Below are positions 47,076-59,953 of a stretch of 64,000 bases of DNA, one piece after another. Location of the stretch: the NCBI GenBank assembly GCA_964270895.1, contig OZ185440.1; one strand, 5' to 3'. The notes under the pieces were generated by a model. The model was not told the origin of the DNA and did not search any database. It saw only the letters and a list, made by a program, of their open reading frames with translations. The position numbers were made by a program, and so were the translations under genes. Position 1 is the stretch's first letter. Each line of letters starts with the position of its first letter. This DNA comes from Podarcis filfolensis. Taxonomy: Eukaryota.

Positions 47076-49387
47076 CAAGAACTAACTTAGTTGGTCTTTA
47101 AGGTGCTACTGGAAAGAAAAATTTTTTTTTGTTTTGAAGATTATGATGTATGTGTATTTTTGATCACAGCTAGAATGTGAAGTAATGATAAGTACAATTT
47201 GTGACCTAAATTTATGCCATGTATATGATGAATAAGCATTAAAACTCAGTTGGTAGGCTAGTCAAATTAACCACCATATTTTAAAAGTAAATATTTTTCA
47301 CAAGCCTGCCATTTCAGATCACATTGTGAAGCTTCTCCATTGAATTCCATGTTTACAAGCCATGCCTGCTTCCTAGGCATCTGTGTATCAAAGAGCAAAA
47401 AGAGGACTTAATAAATGCTTGGGCTTTTTCCTCTTGCCCTCAGCAGCCTTTCTTAAGAGAATTCTCAGTCAGGCATTAGCCCCTTAGTCTGTCCTGCCCT
47501 TGACCACACTGAAAACTTACTCACATGATATGCTCCTCAATCTTGCCTATAATCCTGATAGGGATCTACATTAATCACATAGCTTTAAATATCCTCTTTC
47601 TTCTCTCCTTTCTTCCCTGCTCCCAAATTTAAACTACTTTTGTCATTTTTATACCCTTCTTGGCTGTATACCCTGTAAAATTAGAGTATTCCACAGTCTT
47701 AATACTGTAGTTACTAAGAAATATGAGTTGGTATTTGATCCTCAATGTGATCTGGTATAAGTCATTTGGCTTAGGCTTTGTCTGAAAACATTCATAACTT
47801 GGTAAAAAAATAATCATGGTTTTAGTATAACAATCTGCCTGATATTATGCATGCTTGCTGAGGAGTAAATGCCACTGAGTTTAGTGTGTTGAGGCTATGC
47901 TTGTATACTCATTTATCCAAATAAATAGGACTTTTGAAAAGAATCAGGGTAAAAGACAACAAAAACAGCCAATGTGATTGACAACACCCACTCATATGCT
48001 TCACTAAGGTCAAGGAGTTAAAAGGAGTTGATGGAGCAAGTGTGTGTGTGTTTGTGTTTGTTCCTTCTAGGATTCTTCATGGCTTGAGATGAAGTCAGGA
48101 TAAATCAGTGTTGTCCCAATTGATACCAGCAATCAAAATGATTGGCAGCACCCTATCAAACATACACAACAAAACTGAGAAGGGTCTGGGAAAATATCTA
48201 CCAGTCCAAGAAACTTTTTTTAAAAAAGAGAATTCATTCACATGTGAATATCATAGGCTTAGAAAATAGGTTAGTAGACATTTCAGAGATATTAACTTGT
48301 GTGGAATCATAAAAAAATCTCTTAGAGCCATTTTATCATGGTTTTTGTCTTCACAAAATGACTCCACATTAGAAAAGCTTTTCCGTCTTGGCATGAAATG
48401 TACTGCCAGACATCAGTACTTGGGCATATAAGGCGCCTGTCAGGTCCCTAAAATGCAAACAGCTCTACAGGAAGACTTCCCTGACTGTTGCCTCAGCAGA
48501 AAATGCTATAGAGGTAGAAGACAAGTATCTTTTAAAGAATTGGCACATGTTGCTTTTCTGTTATTTTTGCATTTTTCCCTGTTGCCAGTAAATATTTTGG
48601 TAGTAGCTGGCCTTGCTGTTTTGAGACACTGTTGGCAGGAGTGGTGCCTGTGCTTTTATATGCTTGGCTAAAGATGTTTTAATTATTTATTTGCCCATAT
48701 TTTTATAAGTGTAGCAATCCTCATGTACCCATTTGGAATGAAACCCATTCAGATTATAGAGTGTCATTTTGGTTTTTCCCAATGGAATAGCAACCCATTA
48801 AGTCTGTCATTCTTCTTCATGTTAGACAAATAGACAGTTCTGTGACTCCAGTGTATTATTACAACGCTTACAAATATTCTGCTCTCCCATGTAAGCAAAT
48901 GTAGTTTGTTCCAAATCTTTCCTAGATTGCTACAACATTGCTACTATATTAACACTATTCTTTTTTATCACTTTTGTCTTGAATTGGAAGCTGTTTGGAC
49001 AGGGACCTGGCCACAGCATCAAACGAATTCCTAGCATTAAATAAATATAAAATTCTCAACGGCCATCTTCCATCATATCATGGAGCAAGTCCCTACCAAT
49101 CAATTTAGAGGGTTTTCTTGCCCCCTTATACTTTCTGTACTGAAGTCATTTACATGTAGCTGTCTAAATTTACAGCCTGGGGGTAATATCTGCTGTCATA
49201 CTTAGAGTAGACCAATTAACATAAATGAATTTAAGTCACTTAAGTCTATTGATTTCAATGGGTCTAACTCTTTACTTAGTTGGATATCACCTTGTGTGTG
49301 TTTGTGGCCATTCCAAGTTACCCACAGTATTTTGCTAATTGTAGTGTACCAGTCAAAGCCAGTTCTCTTCCCTACAAAAATTCTGTT

Positions 49388-49390
<3 letters not shown>

Positions 49391-49423
<33 letters not shown>
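49391..49423. repeat. (GT)n microsatellite
   Basis: Read directly. Confidence 0.95.
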
Positions 49424-49427
<4 letters not shown>

Positions 49428-49598
49428 CTAAGCACTGAAAAATGACTACTTGGCTACACATATTCTTCTTCAGGATAATACCCAAGGGCTTCTAAGGAAT
49501 TGAAAGATGTTTTATGAAGGAAAATATATCGTTGTCTAAAAACTAACACTCTAAACCTTTTTATGCTCTTCAATGTATGATTGTCACTTAATTCACAG

Positions 49599-49672
49599 GT
49601 TTATTAAAGTTCTGCACAGTAGGATTTTGTGGAATCGGTAGTTTAATAGACTTCATTCTGATTTCAATGCAG
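49599..49672 (+). CDS. TM2D1: TM2D1 exon 5 (second TM)
   Basis: 74 nt, GLLKFCTVGFCGIGSLIDFILISMQ. Confidence 0.97.
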
Positions 49673-52600
49673 GTAAGCTTGCAACATCAGAATAAAAGAC
49701 ATTGGCTAGGATCCAAAAAGCTACTTAGATTTCCGCAAGGGACTTGTGCTAGCCCAGCAGAATTCTTCTTTCCCCCCATTTGAACAGCTGATTCCCATGC
49801 CATGTCAATAACTGCTTTTAAAACTTTCCTCAGTTTCAAAAGCAGTTTGCTATAGGGCTGTTCTATTTTTTAAAGAATGTGTTTTACAATTTTTTTTATT
49901 CCAGCAGTTCTAGTTTATTAACATTTAATTTATTTTTGAATAGTAGGAGTTATATAACAATGAAATATTTGTATCATTTCTGAAAGAGGCCCCTGGAACA
50001 CAATTTTTCCATACCTTAGTCACTGCTAGGAAAAGTGAAATCATGTGGGAGGCGGGTGCAGAGGAGGGAAAAACACTAATAAAATATATGAGGCTTGGCA
50101 GTCCAGAAAAGTGTGTGAGAGAGGTTCCTAGATTTCAGATTTCTTTTATTTATTCAAGACTACATATTCAGATTATTATATTCTGAGGCCAATCTTCCAT
50201 AACTGGGAGGACTTTGCTTTCCATTGTTGTAGTATTAGTCAGCTTATAGACCCATGTCACCTAATTTTTACTTGTATCCTATGTTACATACAGGCAACTC
50301 TCCCATTTGCACACATTCAAGCCATGCACGACTTGCTGATGCGCACACCATTTTCAGCACTGGAAGGGGGTAGGGCGGACTTACCTGCATCCCGCCAACA
50401 CGCACAGTGCCTTGGAATGCAACCCCTGCATAAATGGGGAGTTGTCTGTATATAGTTGAGAACCACAAAGATAAAGCCACAGTATTTGCTAGTCTCAAAA
50501 TGCATGTTTTGCTATGTGATCTAAACCAAGCACTGCCAAATCATATGAGCTGATTTAGCCTCCATGTATTTCAGCCTGAACAGCCAGCTAAAAATGTTGA
50601 CTTAACCTTTACCTATCTGACTGATATTCACTATTTCTTGACATCATGCTCTCTTGGTCGACATGTAATAGCAAGTATGAATAACAGGTTCTATATTCAA
50701 TCTGTATTAATATGCTCCACTGAGCATATTTCTATGTGACTGAAGAGCCAGAACCACACAAAAAGAAAGTAAATTTTAAAATGTATTAAGACTAAATAAC
50801 TGGCACATTGTGAGAAATTGTAAATGTCCGTTTAAAATGGTGAAAGCATGAGATGAATAAACAGAAAGTTACATAAAAGTGATCATACTACCATAGATGT
50901 AATAATGGGGCTACTACAAATGCTGAAGAGAAGAAATAGGAAGTGTTTGTATTAACTATGTGAGATAAAACAAGAAATTATAAATGAAAAATGAAATATA
51001 AGAAAGCAGTTACCCTAACACCCTCCCTGCAGTCTAGCTAACTCAAAAACAGTAGGAAAGTTTCACTTTATTACAAAGGTATTCTGAAACAATATACAAA
51101 AAGTTACTTAAGATTTTAAAGCAAGTAGATTAAATGTATGATACATAGATATGTATGTATGTATTTCCCAAATATTGAGATAGAATTAAGGGCTTTAAGG
51201 AATAATGAGTAAATAAATGACTTTAAATTTGGAACATTTGGAAAATGTTAAGCAAAGGTTTATATCTACAAGAATTGCTATGGTAAGGGCTACTGGTTTC
51301 TGTTGGAAATATTGAGCTAAAATAATTCATAAGGTTTAGGGAAAATAAAAAATAGAATGTAAAAGGAAAAACCCTAGAAAAACTATGAAGCTACTCCTGG
51401 AAGCACGTTTCCTCGTCTTAGCAAACAGACAACCTACTCTCCATCTCCCCACACCACCAAGCTAGCATGCCTTCAGGGAATGTGCTGTTGAGGAGGGGGA
51501 TGCCAGTTAAGTTAAATGTAAGAAAATATCAGGAGAGAGAAAGAAGCCCCCTCCTTGGTAAAGTCCACTTCTGTATGAGTTTCACTAATATTGAGCCCCT
51601 CTCATTTCAAATCATCTGACACAATCCAAATACTTTGCTCATTAAAATTACTCTTTAATTACTTTAGGCCTTGACCCAATATTTAAAATTTGTGCCTCTT
51701 CCTTTACTTTCAGCTCTGAGTCTTTTAGCTTTCCTTATCAGAACTATGTTATAAATTCTGCCCAAGCCTGGAAGAAGATCCTTGAAACCACCTGGTTCCT
51801 AGCTAAGATTGTACTCTCCTTTCTCAAACTAATTGCCCCAAACAAAGGCTTCTATCTCTAAACAGGGAAGAAAATATTCGTTAACATAAAAATAATCTTG
51901 TAATGTAACAAGCATATAGTACAAAGGCACACACCCGGGCATTTAGTGGAAAACGGGTGAAGACATCACTCACCACAAACTTGAGTACCCAGTTCATATC
52001 TTACACTCCCCTTTCATGCCATAGTTTGTAACTGGGGCCCTTTTCCTTGAACAGTTGCTTCCTGGTTTAATTAACCGAGAAATAGGTAACTCTTAAACTG
52101 TGAACAGGAAACTTGTACAATCAAAAGGTACCCCAAAACAGAAATAGATGGAAGTAATATCTTATTCCAGTCCCAATTAAACAAAAAATCTGTATTATTC
52201 CAGCATAGGTTTGAATGGATCACAGTGATAAATCCTCTGTTTCCTTGTTTTTAATTAGAATTGGGAGAACCATAATTTGCTCATCTGCAGTCCCGTTGGT
52301 GCTGCTATCAGAGAGCTGTCAACCATCCAGACACATATCTTCAAAGGAAGATATAGTGCCCATCACTGTGTTTATCTCAAAGTTAGAATTGTAGGAAGAA
52401 TTATCCCTGTATCCAATTATGCTTTCTCATTAAAATATTTGACCTAGGCATAATAATAATCATGGCTTACTGGAACCAAACTTTTGTTCATATGATCTAC
52501 TCCTGTACAGCCCCCCAGAACCTAGAAAATAAGTTCAAAAACCAACCAGATCCAACCATGTTGTTAAAATTTTAAAGACAAACAACGTATTATAATATTA

Positions 52601-53872
52601 ATATTTTAATATATATACTTTGCCTTTTTTTCTGACAGGGACTCAAGGTGCCTTACAGCTAAAATAGAAACAACTTCCATTCATTTGAAGGGATTTGCTC
52701 TACCCTCAAATTCCACACCTCTTCTTGAACCACAATATCATAAAACATAGAGGTGTAATACTAGTAGGGTAGGTAAGGAATCCTGGGGTGGCAGATAGAA
52801 CTTAAACTTCAGGACCAAACAATTAAGTTGCTATGAAGCATAGTTATAGACATTTCCACTCTGTTTTTGACACTTGGAAGGTAGGTTATTAATTTTTGGA
52901 TGTTAACTGCCAGTGATTACAGTTCTCTGGCTTAAAATACAGGAGGGGTTTGTGGGGTTTGTTTTTTTTAGCAGTGGGGCTTAGAATAGATGAGTTTTGG
53001 ACCTGCCAGCTAATGATTAAAAATAACTTTCAAGGTTTAAAATTATTGTACGCCAGAAATATAATACTCATGGATTCAAGAGGAGTTTTGGCAGAATAAT
53101 TTCATGTATTGACACATTTCTCAGTTTGCCATTACAAAGGAAGAAATACATGTTTGTGGAAGTTTTATACAATATAGAAATACAGACATTAAACTCCTTG
53201 ATTTAAATCTACCCATTCAGGCTCCTCTCAGCTTCTCTGTTCAGCTATGTTAGCACTTAGGTAAAACTGATGTGACATTAAAACTCCTAGAACATAATTT
53301 CACAGCATGGGAGGGGGAACTGTAATTATGAGCCTATCCTATATAATACGGAACTTAATCCATTACAATAGTGTGCTTGAAACTGCATGTTGCCATCATA
53401 GGTATAAATGAATTTGTGAGGTTTCTGGGATGAATTGTAAACACCTGCCAATTAAACATTTTAATGCAAAGATCAGATTTTTAGTTGGGTCAGCTTTTAT
53501 ATTAAATTAAAGAAAGTTGAGGATGAGAAGGATGTTTACAAAAGGGAATGTTTCCAGATTATTTTGGCACTATGTTTTTACTTCCTAAATAGCCTTAAAT
53601 GGTTGCTGAAACTGTTGCTTAGTAAAAACATTTGATTGTGCTTGACACTTGAAGAGCTGGTTCTTTTAAACACAAAACAGTGTTTCTGAATTTCCTAAAC
53701 ACAGATGTTTGTGGAAACATATGTGTCAGTATTCACATGTAAAGGTAGTGTAATTTCCACCCTATTGTTGAAACTTCAGAAAATGTCAGCAGTGTTATAA
53801 CAATTTATACATGCTACTGCATATTCTCCTGTAGGAATCTTGTGGCTTTTGTTTGCTTCTAAGTCCCAGCTG

Positions 53873-53975
53873 CACCTAAAGATTCATGCGCCCACCACCT
53901 GACTGAAACTAAGCAGGTCTCAGTCTGGTTAGTGCCTGGATGGGTGACTGCCTGTAAACATTCTTGGGTTCTGGG
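53873..53975 (+). mobile_element. Degenerate 5S rRNA-derived sequence (5S-SINE or 5S pseudogene)
   Basis: gaaactaagcaggtctcagtctggttagtgcctggatgggtgactgcctg aligns by eye to 5S GAAGCTAAGCAGGGTCGGGCCTGGTTAGTACTTGGATGGGAGACCGCCTG (box A to box C). Confidence 0.65.
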
Positions 53976-54218
53976 CAGGGAGAGTATATAAATGAGTCAC
54001 CCGACAAACATTTAAAAGAGAATTCCAGTCATATTTGTTTTGGAATAATAAGCTCTAATAAGTAGTTTTAGCTCTAATTAGAGGTTTTATGTCTTGCTGG
54101 GCTAGGGTAATGGTTTTAATAGATTCTTTTTCATATATACTGTTCAAAATCGTATTTTGTTTTATTTTTGTTCAAAATGATTTTAAATATATATATATTG
54201 TAATGCATTCTCTTTTAG

Positions 54219-54329
54219 ATCGTTGGACCTTCTGATGGCTCTAGTTACATCATAGATTATTATGGAGCAAGACTTACCAGACTGAGTATTTCTAATGAGA
54301 CATTCAGAAAACCACAAATATACCCTTAA
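54219..54329 (+). CDS. TM2D1: TM2D1 exon 6 (last coding exon)
   Basis: 111 nt, IVGPSDGSSYIIDYYGARLTRLSISNETFRKPQIYP-TAA; total CDS 621 nt = 206 aa. A donor (CCA|GTAAGT) follows at 54338. Confidence 0.97.
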   Translation: MVGPSDGSSYIIDYYGARLTRLSISNETFRKPQIYP

Positions 54330-55954
54330 ACATGCCAGTAAGTGCCTTGATTTGGGTATGTTAAAAATTCATTAATTGATTAATAACTATTACTCTTGTA
54401 AAATGAAGTATGCATGGCACAGAGGAGTCGAATGCTTGTTTCCTGTCATGTAACAGAAAACCAGAATAACTGCACAGTTCCATGATCTTTTTGTAACCAA
54501 CCCCCTACAAATTCTAGGGAATTTTGTAACTAATGCAAGAGTATCTCTTTTTAGTGTTCAAAACTGCATTCACTCATCACATGCAACTTCCCCTCACCTA
54601 TGATAAGAACACACAGCAGTGCAAAGACTCCAAACTCTCATTTGTCTTGTGGTTTGCAGAAGGTAGGAACGATGTGATTCTCTTCTTAACAGTGGCAGAG
54701 GAGGCTGTTCATTACCTTCTCCACAGTGAACCAAGCCAATATTGGTGGATCTCACTTGAAAAGACAGCAAGATGCAGTTTTTGGCAAAAGCAATGTTTAG
54801 TTACCCCACATTTTGCCTCCTCTTTCCTGTAGGTGGAGCCAAACCCCATAACCAAATACCTTATGCCTATTGAAACAAGTGCATTGCAAAGGTCAGGTTA
54901 TAAGCTCAGCACTGATCCTGTCTGTGTTTAGCCTACAAGGAAAGCCTATATAGTATTGCCTGCTGCTGTGTTGATGCATCAAGTTTCTAGACTATTCAAC
55001 AATTTCAAAGATTATCTTCCATTAGTATAATTACTATATAAATCCCATTTTGAAGAAGTTTGCAACATGTACTTTAAATCTACAACTGAATTGTTCAGTA
55101 ACACAGCGATCAGGTCTGTCTTATGCACTGAGAAAAGGCACATTTTATATGAAATAGGGAGAAGGCTTGAAAACACACATGGGACTCATGTACCACCTGG
55201 TAGTCTGGTTCACATATCATGTTACGGCAAAGCATGGCTTAATAAAAATGTGCCAGCTCCCAGGGAAGAGATCATGGCCACTTTGCTCCTCCCTACTTGT
55301 TTTGCTGCTGTGCTAAGCTGTGGTTTGGCTTAGTATTCAAACTCAAGCTCATGACTTAGCTGTCTCTAGACAAATCACAAACTGAAACTAAGGTTTGTCC
55401 TATGGTTTTTACAGCTCATGGTTTGTCAGGGAGAGCTGAATCATGAGCCCAGTTTCAGATGGCACCCTAAGCCAGGCCACAGCTTATGGCAGGAGCAAAA
55501 TGACTGGGGAGGAGCACAGTGACTGTTTTCACCAGGAACCCACCCATTGGCTCATTTGTGCTAAGCCAGTGAGTTCTTTGGCTCAGTTTGGTGCCATGTG
55601 GTTTCCCAATACAGTTGAAAACAGCCGACAGATATTTCTCAGGATCATATTAAATGACTTCCATATTAAACTTCTGTATTGTAAGTTTGCAGGCATGCAA
55701 GTTTGCAACTTCAAGCGATCAGAATGTATTTGTATCCTGCAATTACAATTTGTACCAAGGATACCATTCATTTGCATTGTTTTCCAGTGTATAAAAGTTT
55801 GCTATTGAAATGTGTCTATTTCCTTGCTGGTTCACAACCAGGTGACAAGAAGTAGGTGATTTATAGCTGTCTACTAGCTCACATATGCATTTTGCTGCTA
55901 CTGGTGTTTATCTCTAGGGTATGCAATAGTTTAATGTGCTTAGCTATAGTTTAA

Positions 55955-56076
55955 GTCAGAGTTTGTCAGCATGTACCCTCCAGATGTTACTGGACTACAG
56001 CTCATATCATCCCTGGCCATTGGTCATGCTCACTAGAGTCCAGCAATATCTGGAGACACCACAGTGGCTATCCCTG
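55955..56076. mobile_element. Degenerate hAT-type MITE whose right end overlaps the hairpin arm
   Basis: ccctccagatgttactggactacagctc...gtccagcaatatctggag...gtggctatccctg. Confidence 0.6.
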
Positions 56077-56226
56077 CTTTAAGCTATAGACTGACGTAGA
56101 GCAAAGAGGAAGAGGCTCAGAAGTCAGCTAACCTAGCTGCCCATGGGTGGCAGCTAGGTTAGCTGACTTCTGAGCCTCTTCCTCTTTGCTCTACGTCAGT
56201 CTATAGCTTAAAGCAGGGATAGCCAC
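56064..56226. repeat. Perfect 78-bp inverted repeat with a 7-nt spacer
   Basis: 56064-56141 is the exact reverse complement of 56149-56226; spacer CATGGGT. Confidence 0.95.
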
Positions 56227-56627
56227 CCAGCAGCAGCTGTGTTCTACAGTAGTATCCCGATGACAAGCCCTGGGAATGAACATAGATAAAAGGTATGGTT
56301 GGAAGAGAAGATGCAGCTCATGTCTATCCTATAACCAGCCTTATAGAATTTTAGTCCTATGAAAGGGAGCAGAAAGGAGAAAAAAAGTGAAGAAAATCCA
56401 AGCTCCATTCTTGCTGCAAATGGGGGGCAGCTGTTGTTCAGGCTTTGAGGGGGATGTGTGTTTGACTGTGCTGTTGCAGAGGGGACTCAAGAGGCTACTA
56501 TTGTGCTCTGGGTTCCTGTGGGACAAGAGGCAGCTTCACAAACTGTCTTTCATTCATGGAAGCTATACAACCACTCATGCTTTCCCAGTGACAGGAATTA
56601 ATCATTTAATACTTTGATTTCTTCCAG

Positions 56628-56860
56628 AGTTCAGCTGAACAATAACTAATGGAAGGGGTCTGCCTTCAAAGGACATGATTTGATGGAAGCATCTGTGTCA
56701 TCAGTTGTCTCGTTGTCTCTGCCCATGCCAAAAAGCAGAAGACAGCTTCATCATACACAGGCCATGGTTTGGCAATAACCATAGCCCTGACAAGAATAGG
56801 ACAGTGACTTTGCTTTTAAATTATTTTGTTAAATAAGAATAAACAATGGACATAAATTAT
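56628..56860 (+). other. TM2D1: Candidate TM2D1 terminal (3'UTR) exon
   Basis: Acceptor tttgatttcttccag at 56627 and AATAAA at 56838-43. A downstream exon is implied by the donor at 54338, but this position is only a best guess. Confidence 0.35.
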
Positions 56861-57854
56861 GGAGAATGCATCATGAATTACTGCACAATGGACTTAATAC
56901 AAATTGCATAAAAACTCTGAAAAGCGTATGTGCGAACATAAAAGTAAAGGCAGGAAGAAATGACCTCAGATTCAGCATCCCTTTCCTGACTGCTCTTTAA
57001 AAGCAAGAGGAGAAGTCAAACAAAAAAATGTTGTTTTACAGATGTACCAAGTTCCAGCTCATTCATTCTCTCCCTCCCTTGCATCAAGTACATCCTGTAC
57101 TTTTGGCAACAAGTTGACTGGATATTTAAAAGCTGCGAACTGCTCTGAAAGTTTCACATAGTGGGTTATGGGCCATGTGTGTTTGATCAAAATTCAATTA
57201 CTGCACTGTGCCAGGCTTGGAAACCTATCATTGCAAGTTATGAAGTATGACGAAATAAGCTACTCTAATTGGTTCAGTATGGGGAGCAGTCTCAACCAAG
57301 CTTGTTATGATAAATAGCTTCCTGTGTTAAAGGTTCTCTGGAGCTTAAGTGTCTTGGCTCACCTCCTTCAACAGAATAAGAATATTGTTCCCTAGGAACA
57401 CTTACATCACTGTCCCTCTCCCCATTTCAGAGCTAAATGTTTGTAGCATTTTCATCTTGCTGTTCGTGAGGAATATAAACAATGGTCATTGCTGTCATTT
57501 CCCTTGTCTTCTTTCTGTCACTTTTTCCAACCATAAAGCATTTGTGCTTTTCCCAGTATGAAGAGAGGTATAAAAAGTCTCTTAATATTTCAGCACAACT
57601 ACCGTTGGCAATTTCACTTTTGTCAGCTTTGTTGCCACCTGGAAACTGTTGTTTAAAGTCAAGTCCACTTCATAAGAGCTAAAATAAGAGGGGAATGCAC
57701 TGTGTCTCTAAGCCTACATCAGCACTTGTTAAACGAGTTGCTGAAAGAGCGAGCTCAGTTACTGACTTCATAGTTTTACTTATGGAAGCAGTGTCTGTTC
57801 TCTTATTCTCACAATAGCCAGCTGTGAAGGAACAAGCCCAGAACAACCTCTGGC

Positions 57855-57896
<42 letters not shown>
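57855..57896. repeat. (TAGA)n tetranucleotide microsatellite
   Basis: About 10 units, read directly. Confidence 0.95.
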
Positions 57897-59711
57897 TAGT
57901 CGGCAACAAGAGTCTTTGTAAAAAGATGGCTATCCAACACTCTCAGCCGTTTTAGAAGGATTTAAAACTGTTTGCCTGCCATTTTGTTAAGAGGAAGCTA
58001 TGGAATATATATGCCTTTCCTTTAGTGGTTTGACCTGCTGGACTCATTTACGTGTACAGGTCATAATGTGGTCCTCAATCTTCTACGTTTGATAATTGAG
58101 CATACCAAGTGCTGTTATCCGGTTACCATTTGTTTTCTGAGCTTTGATCTCATCATAGCTTGCCATAATATTTAAATGTCCTGTTTAACCTTCTGCTAAG
58201 AGATGTGCGTAATGCTGAAGTCGGCATTTCCAGTTTATGCTAGATCCACTGCAAAAAAAGAGAAATGTTCCATTTTAAAAAGCAATCTCCTTAGTCATCA
58301 CTTAATCAAGCGATGACTAAGTGCAGCAATACAAAATTAGGGGGAGGAAAACTTGGTACAATAAATTTGAGTATCTACGTCAGAGTAGGATGAGAAATAA
58401 ACCCTGCCGTTGCTTTTGTAAATCAGATGTGATCAAATACTTTGGGATGGGAGGAGGGAGCATGTTAAATGTCCTTAGCTTGAATATTGAACTTTGCAGA
58501 TTTTTAAGATTTATTTATTTTTTAACAATAGCAGGTAGATTATAGTAATCATGTTATGGCTTTTAATAAAGTTCTGACAAGAAGTAACTTTACCTTTAAA
58601 AATAGAATGTGACTGCAGGCACTTATGCTAATCTTCCTTTTGGCAAATCAGCTTTTTTTGTATTGAATCTCGCTTGATTGAATAGCACTGGAGCTGCCAG
58701 AGTAAATGCTATTATCAATGCACAGTAATTAAGGAAATAGTCCTTGTCACTCGAACAGCGTCCAGGCTGTGCCTGCTGTAATAAAGTTAAATGATAAAGA
58801 AATCTCTTTAAATAAAGTGCAGCTACTGGAGTGTGGTTACTTCTGAAATGCAGTGGAACAATGCAGTAGAACAATTATTGGTGATAGGAAAATATGCCCA
58901 CTGAACACAATGAGAATGTAGACTTCCAAAACATATAACATATGGCATTAAACAATTAATCTTCTGATTTAAAGCTAGAGAACCATGTTTTAATCCTCCA
59001 GCTCTCAATATTGACAAGCACAGAGCTTTTTTCGTCTTTCCTGCACTTATATCTCTTCAAGGTATAATACAAGGTTATTAACAAAGTGTACCTGGATTTT
59101 GTCAAGCTGACTTGTACTCTGATATCTAACATACCATAGTCTATCTAGGGTATGAACACCTCCTGTTTAAAGGTTAAGGAATTTAGCATGAGATACAACT
59201 AACTGATACTAGCAATAATTGGGTGTCACTCTTCTGTGCCAGTTTTTGCACATCAAATGCTTTTCCTCCGCTACAACAGCTAAACACAAGCTACTAAAAA
59301 ACTACCCAGAAAGCCTCTACTTCTTCTGAGTCATAGTTTGAAGAGACTATTCCTAGTTAAGGTATTGGGATTGCTGTCTAAATTCAAAGGGATTCCAGTC
59401 CAAATTAAAGTTAAAACTGGTAGTGCAGGAGTTCAGAGTGACAGTTAACCATACTTGCAGAAATACAATGCAACTAGTAGTTTAGAAGTGACAGTGACAT
59501 AAAAACTAGGTTCAGGTAGGCTGAATCTAGACAGCAGGTTACCAGGTTGCCACGCATTATGCAAGTGGTAGTTCAGGTTAAGGAGCGAAGCAAGGGCTTG
59601 TGCTAATGGAATGATGCGCTGTGAAATAATTTGCAGGGCACGATAGCAAAGAGACTGTAGAGAAATGAAAAATGTTAGGAAGTATGTTACATACAGTAGA
59701 ACAACATAGCA

Positions 59712-59953
59712 CTATGTGGTATAGTGGTTAAGAGTGGTGGACTCGTAATCTGGTGAACCAGGTTCACTTCCCTGCTCCTCCACATGCAGCTGCTGGGTGA
59801 CCTTGGGCTACTCACACTTCTCTGAAGTCTCTCAGCCCCACTCACCTCACAGAGTGTTTGTTGTGGGGGAGGAAGGGAAATGAGAATGTTAGCCGCTTTG
59901 AGACTTCTTCAGGTAGTGATAAAGCGGGATATTAAATCCAAACTCTTCTTCTT
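59712..59953 (+). mobile_element. tRNA-headed SINE (Squam3-like), near full length
   Basis: gtggtatagtggttaagagt...gaaccaggttcacttccc head, MIR-like core ggtgaccttgggc, tail ending ctcttcttctt. Confidence 0.75.

Larger units (their letters stand above)
46902..47137. mobile_element. Penelope-like-element-derived inverted insertion (204-bp palindrome 46934-47137) with 12-13-bp TSD
   Basis: Arms pair about the 47035/47036 axis with only 2 mismatches; TGAAGATTATGAT at 46889-46901 and 47135-47147. The PLE assignment rests on recalled similarity and on the hammerhead motif. Confidence 0.8.
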
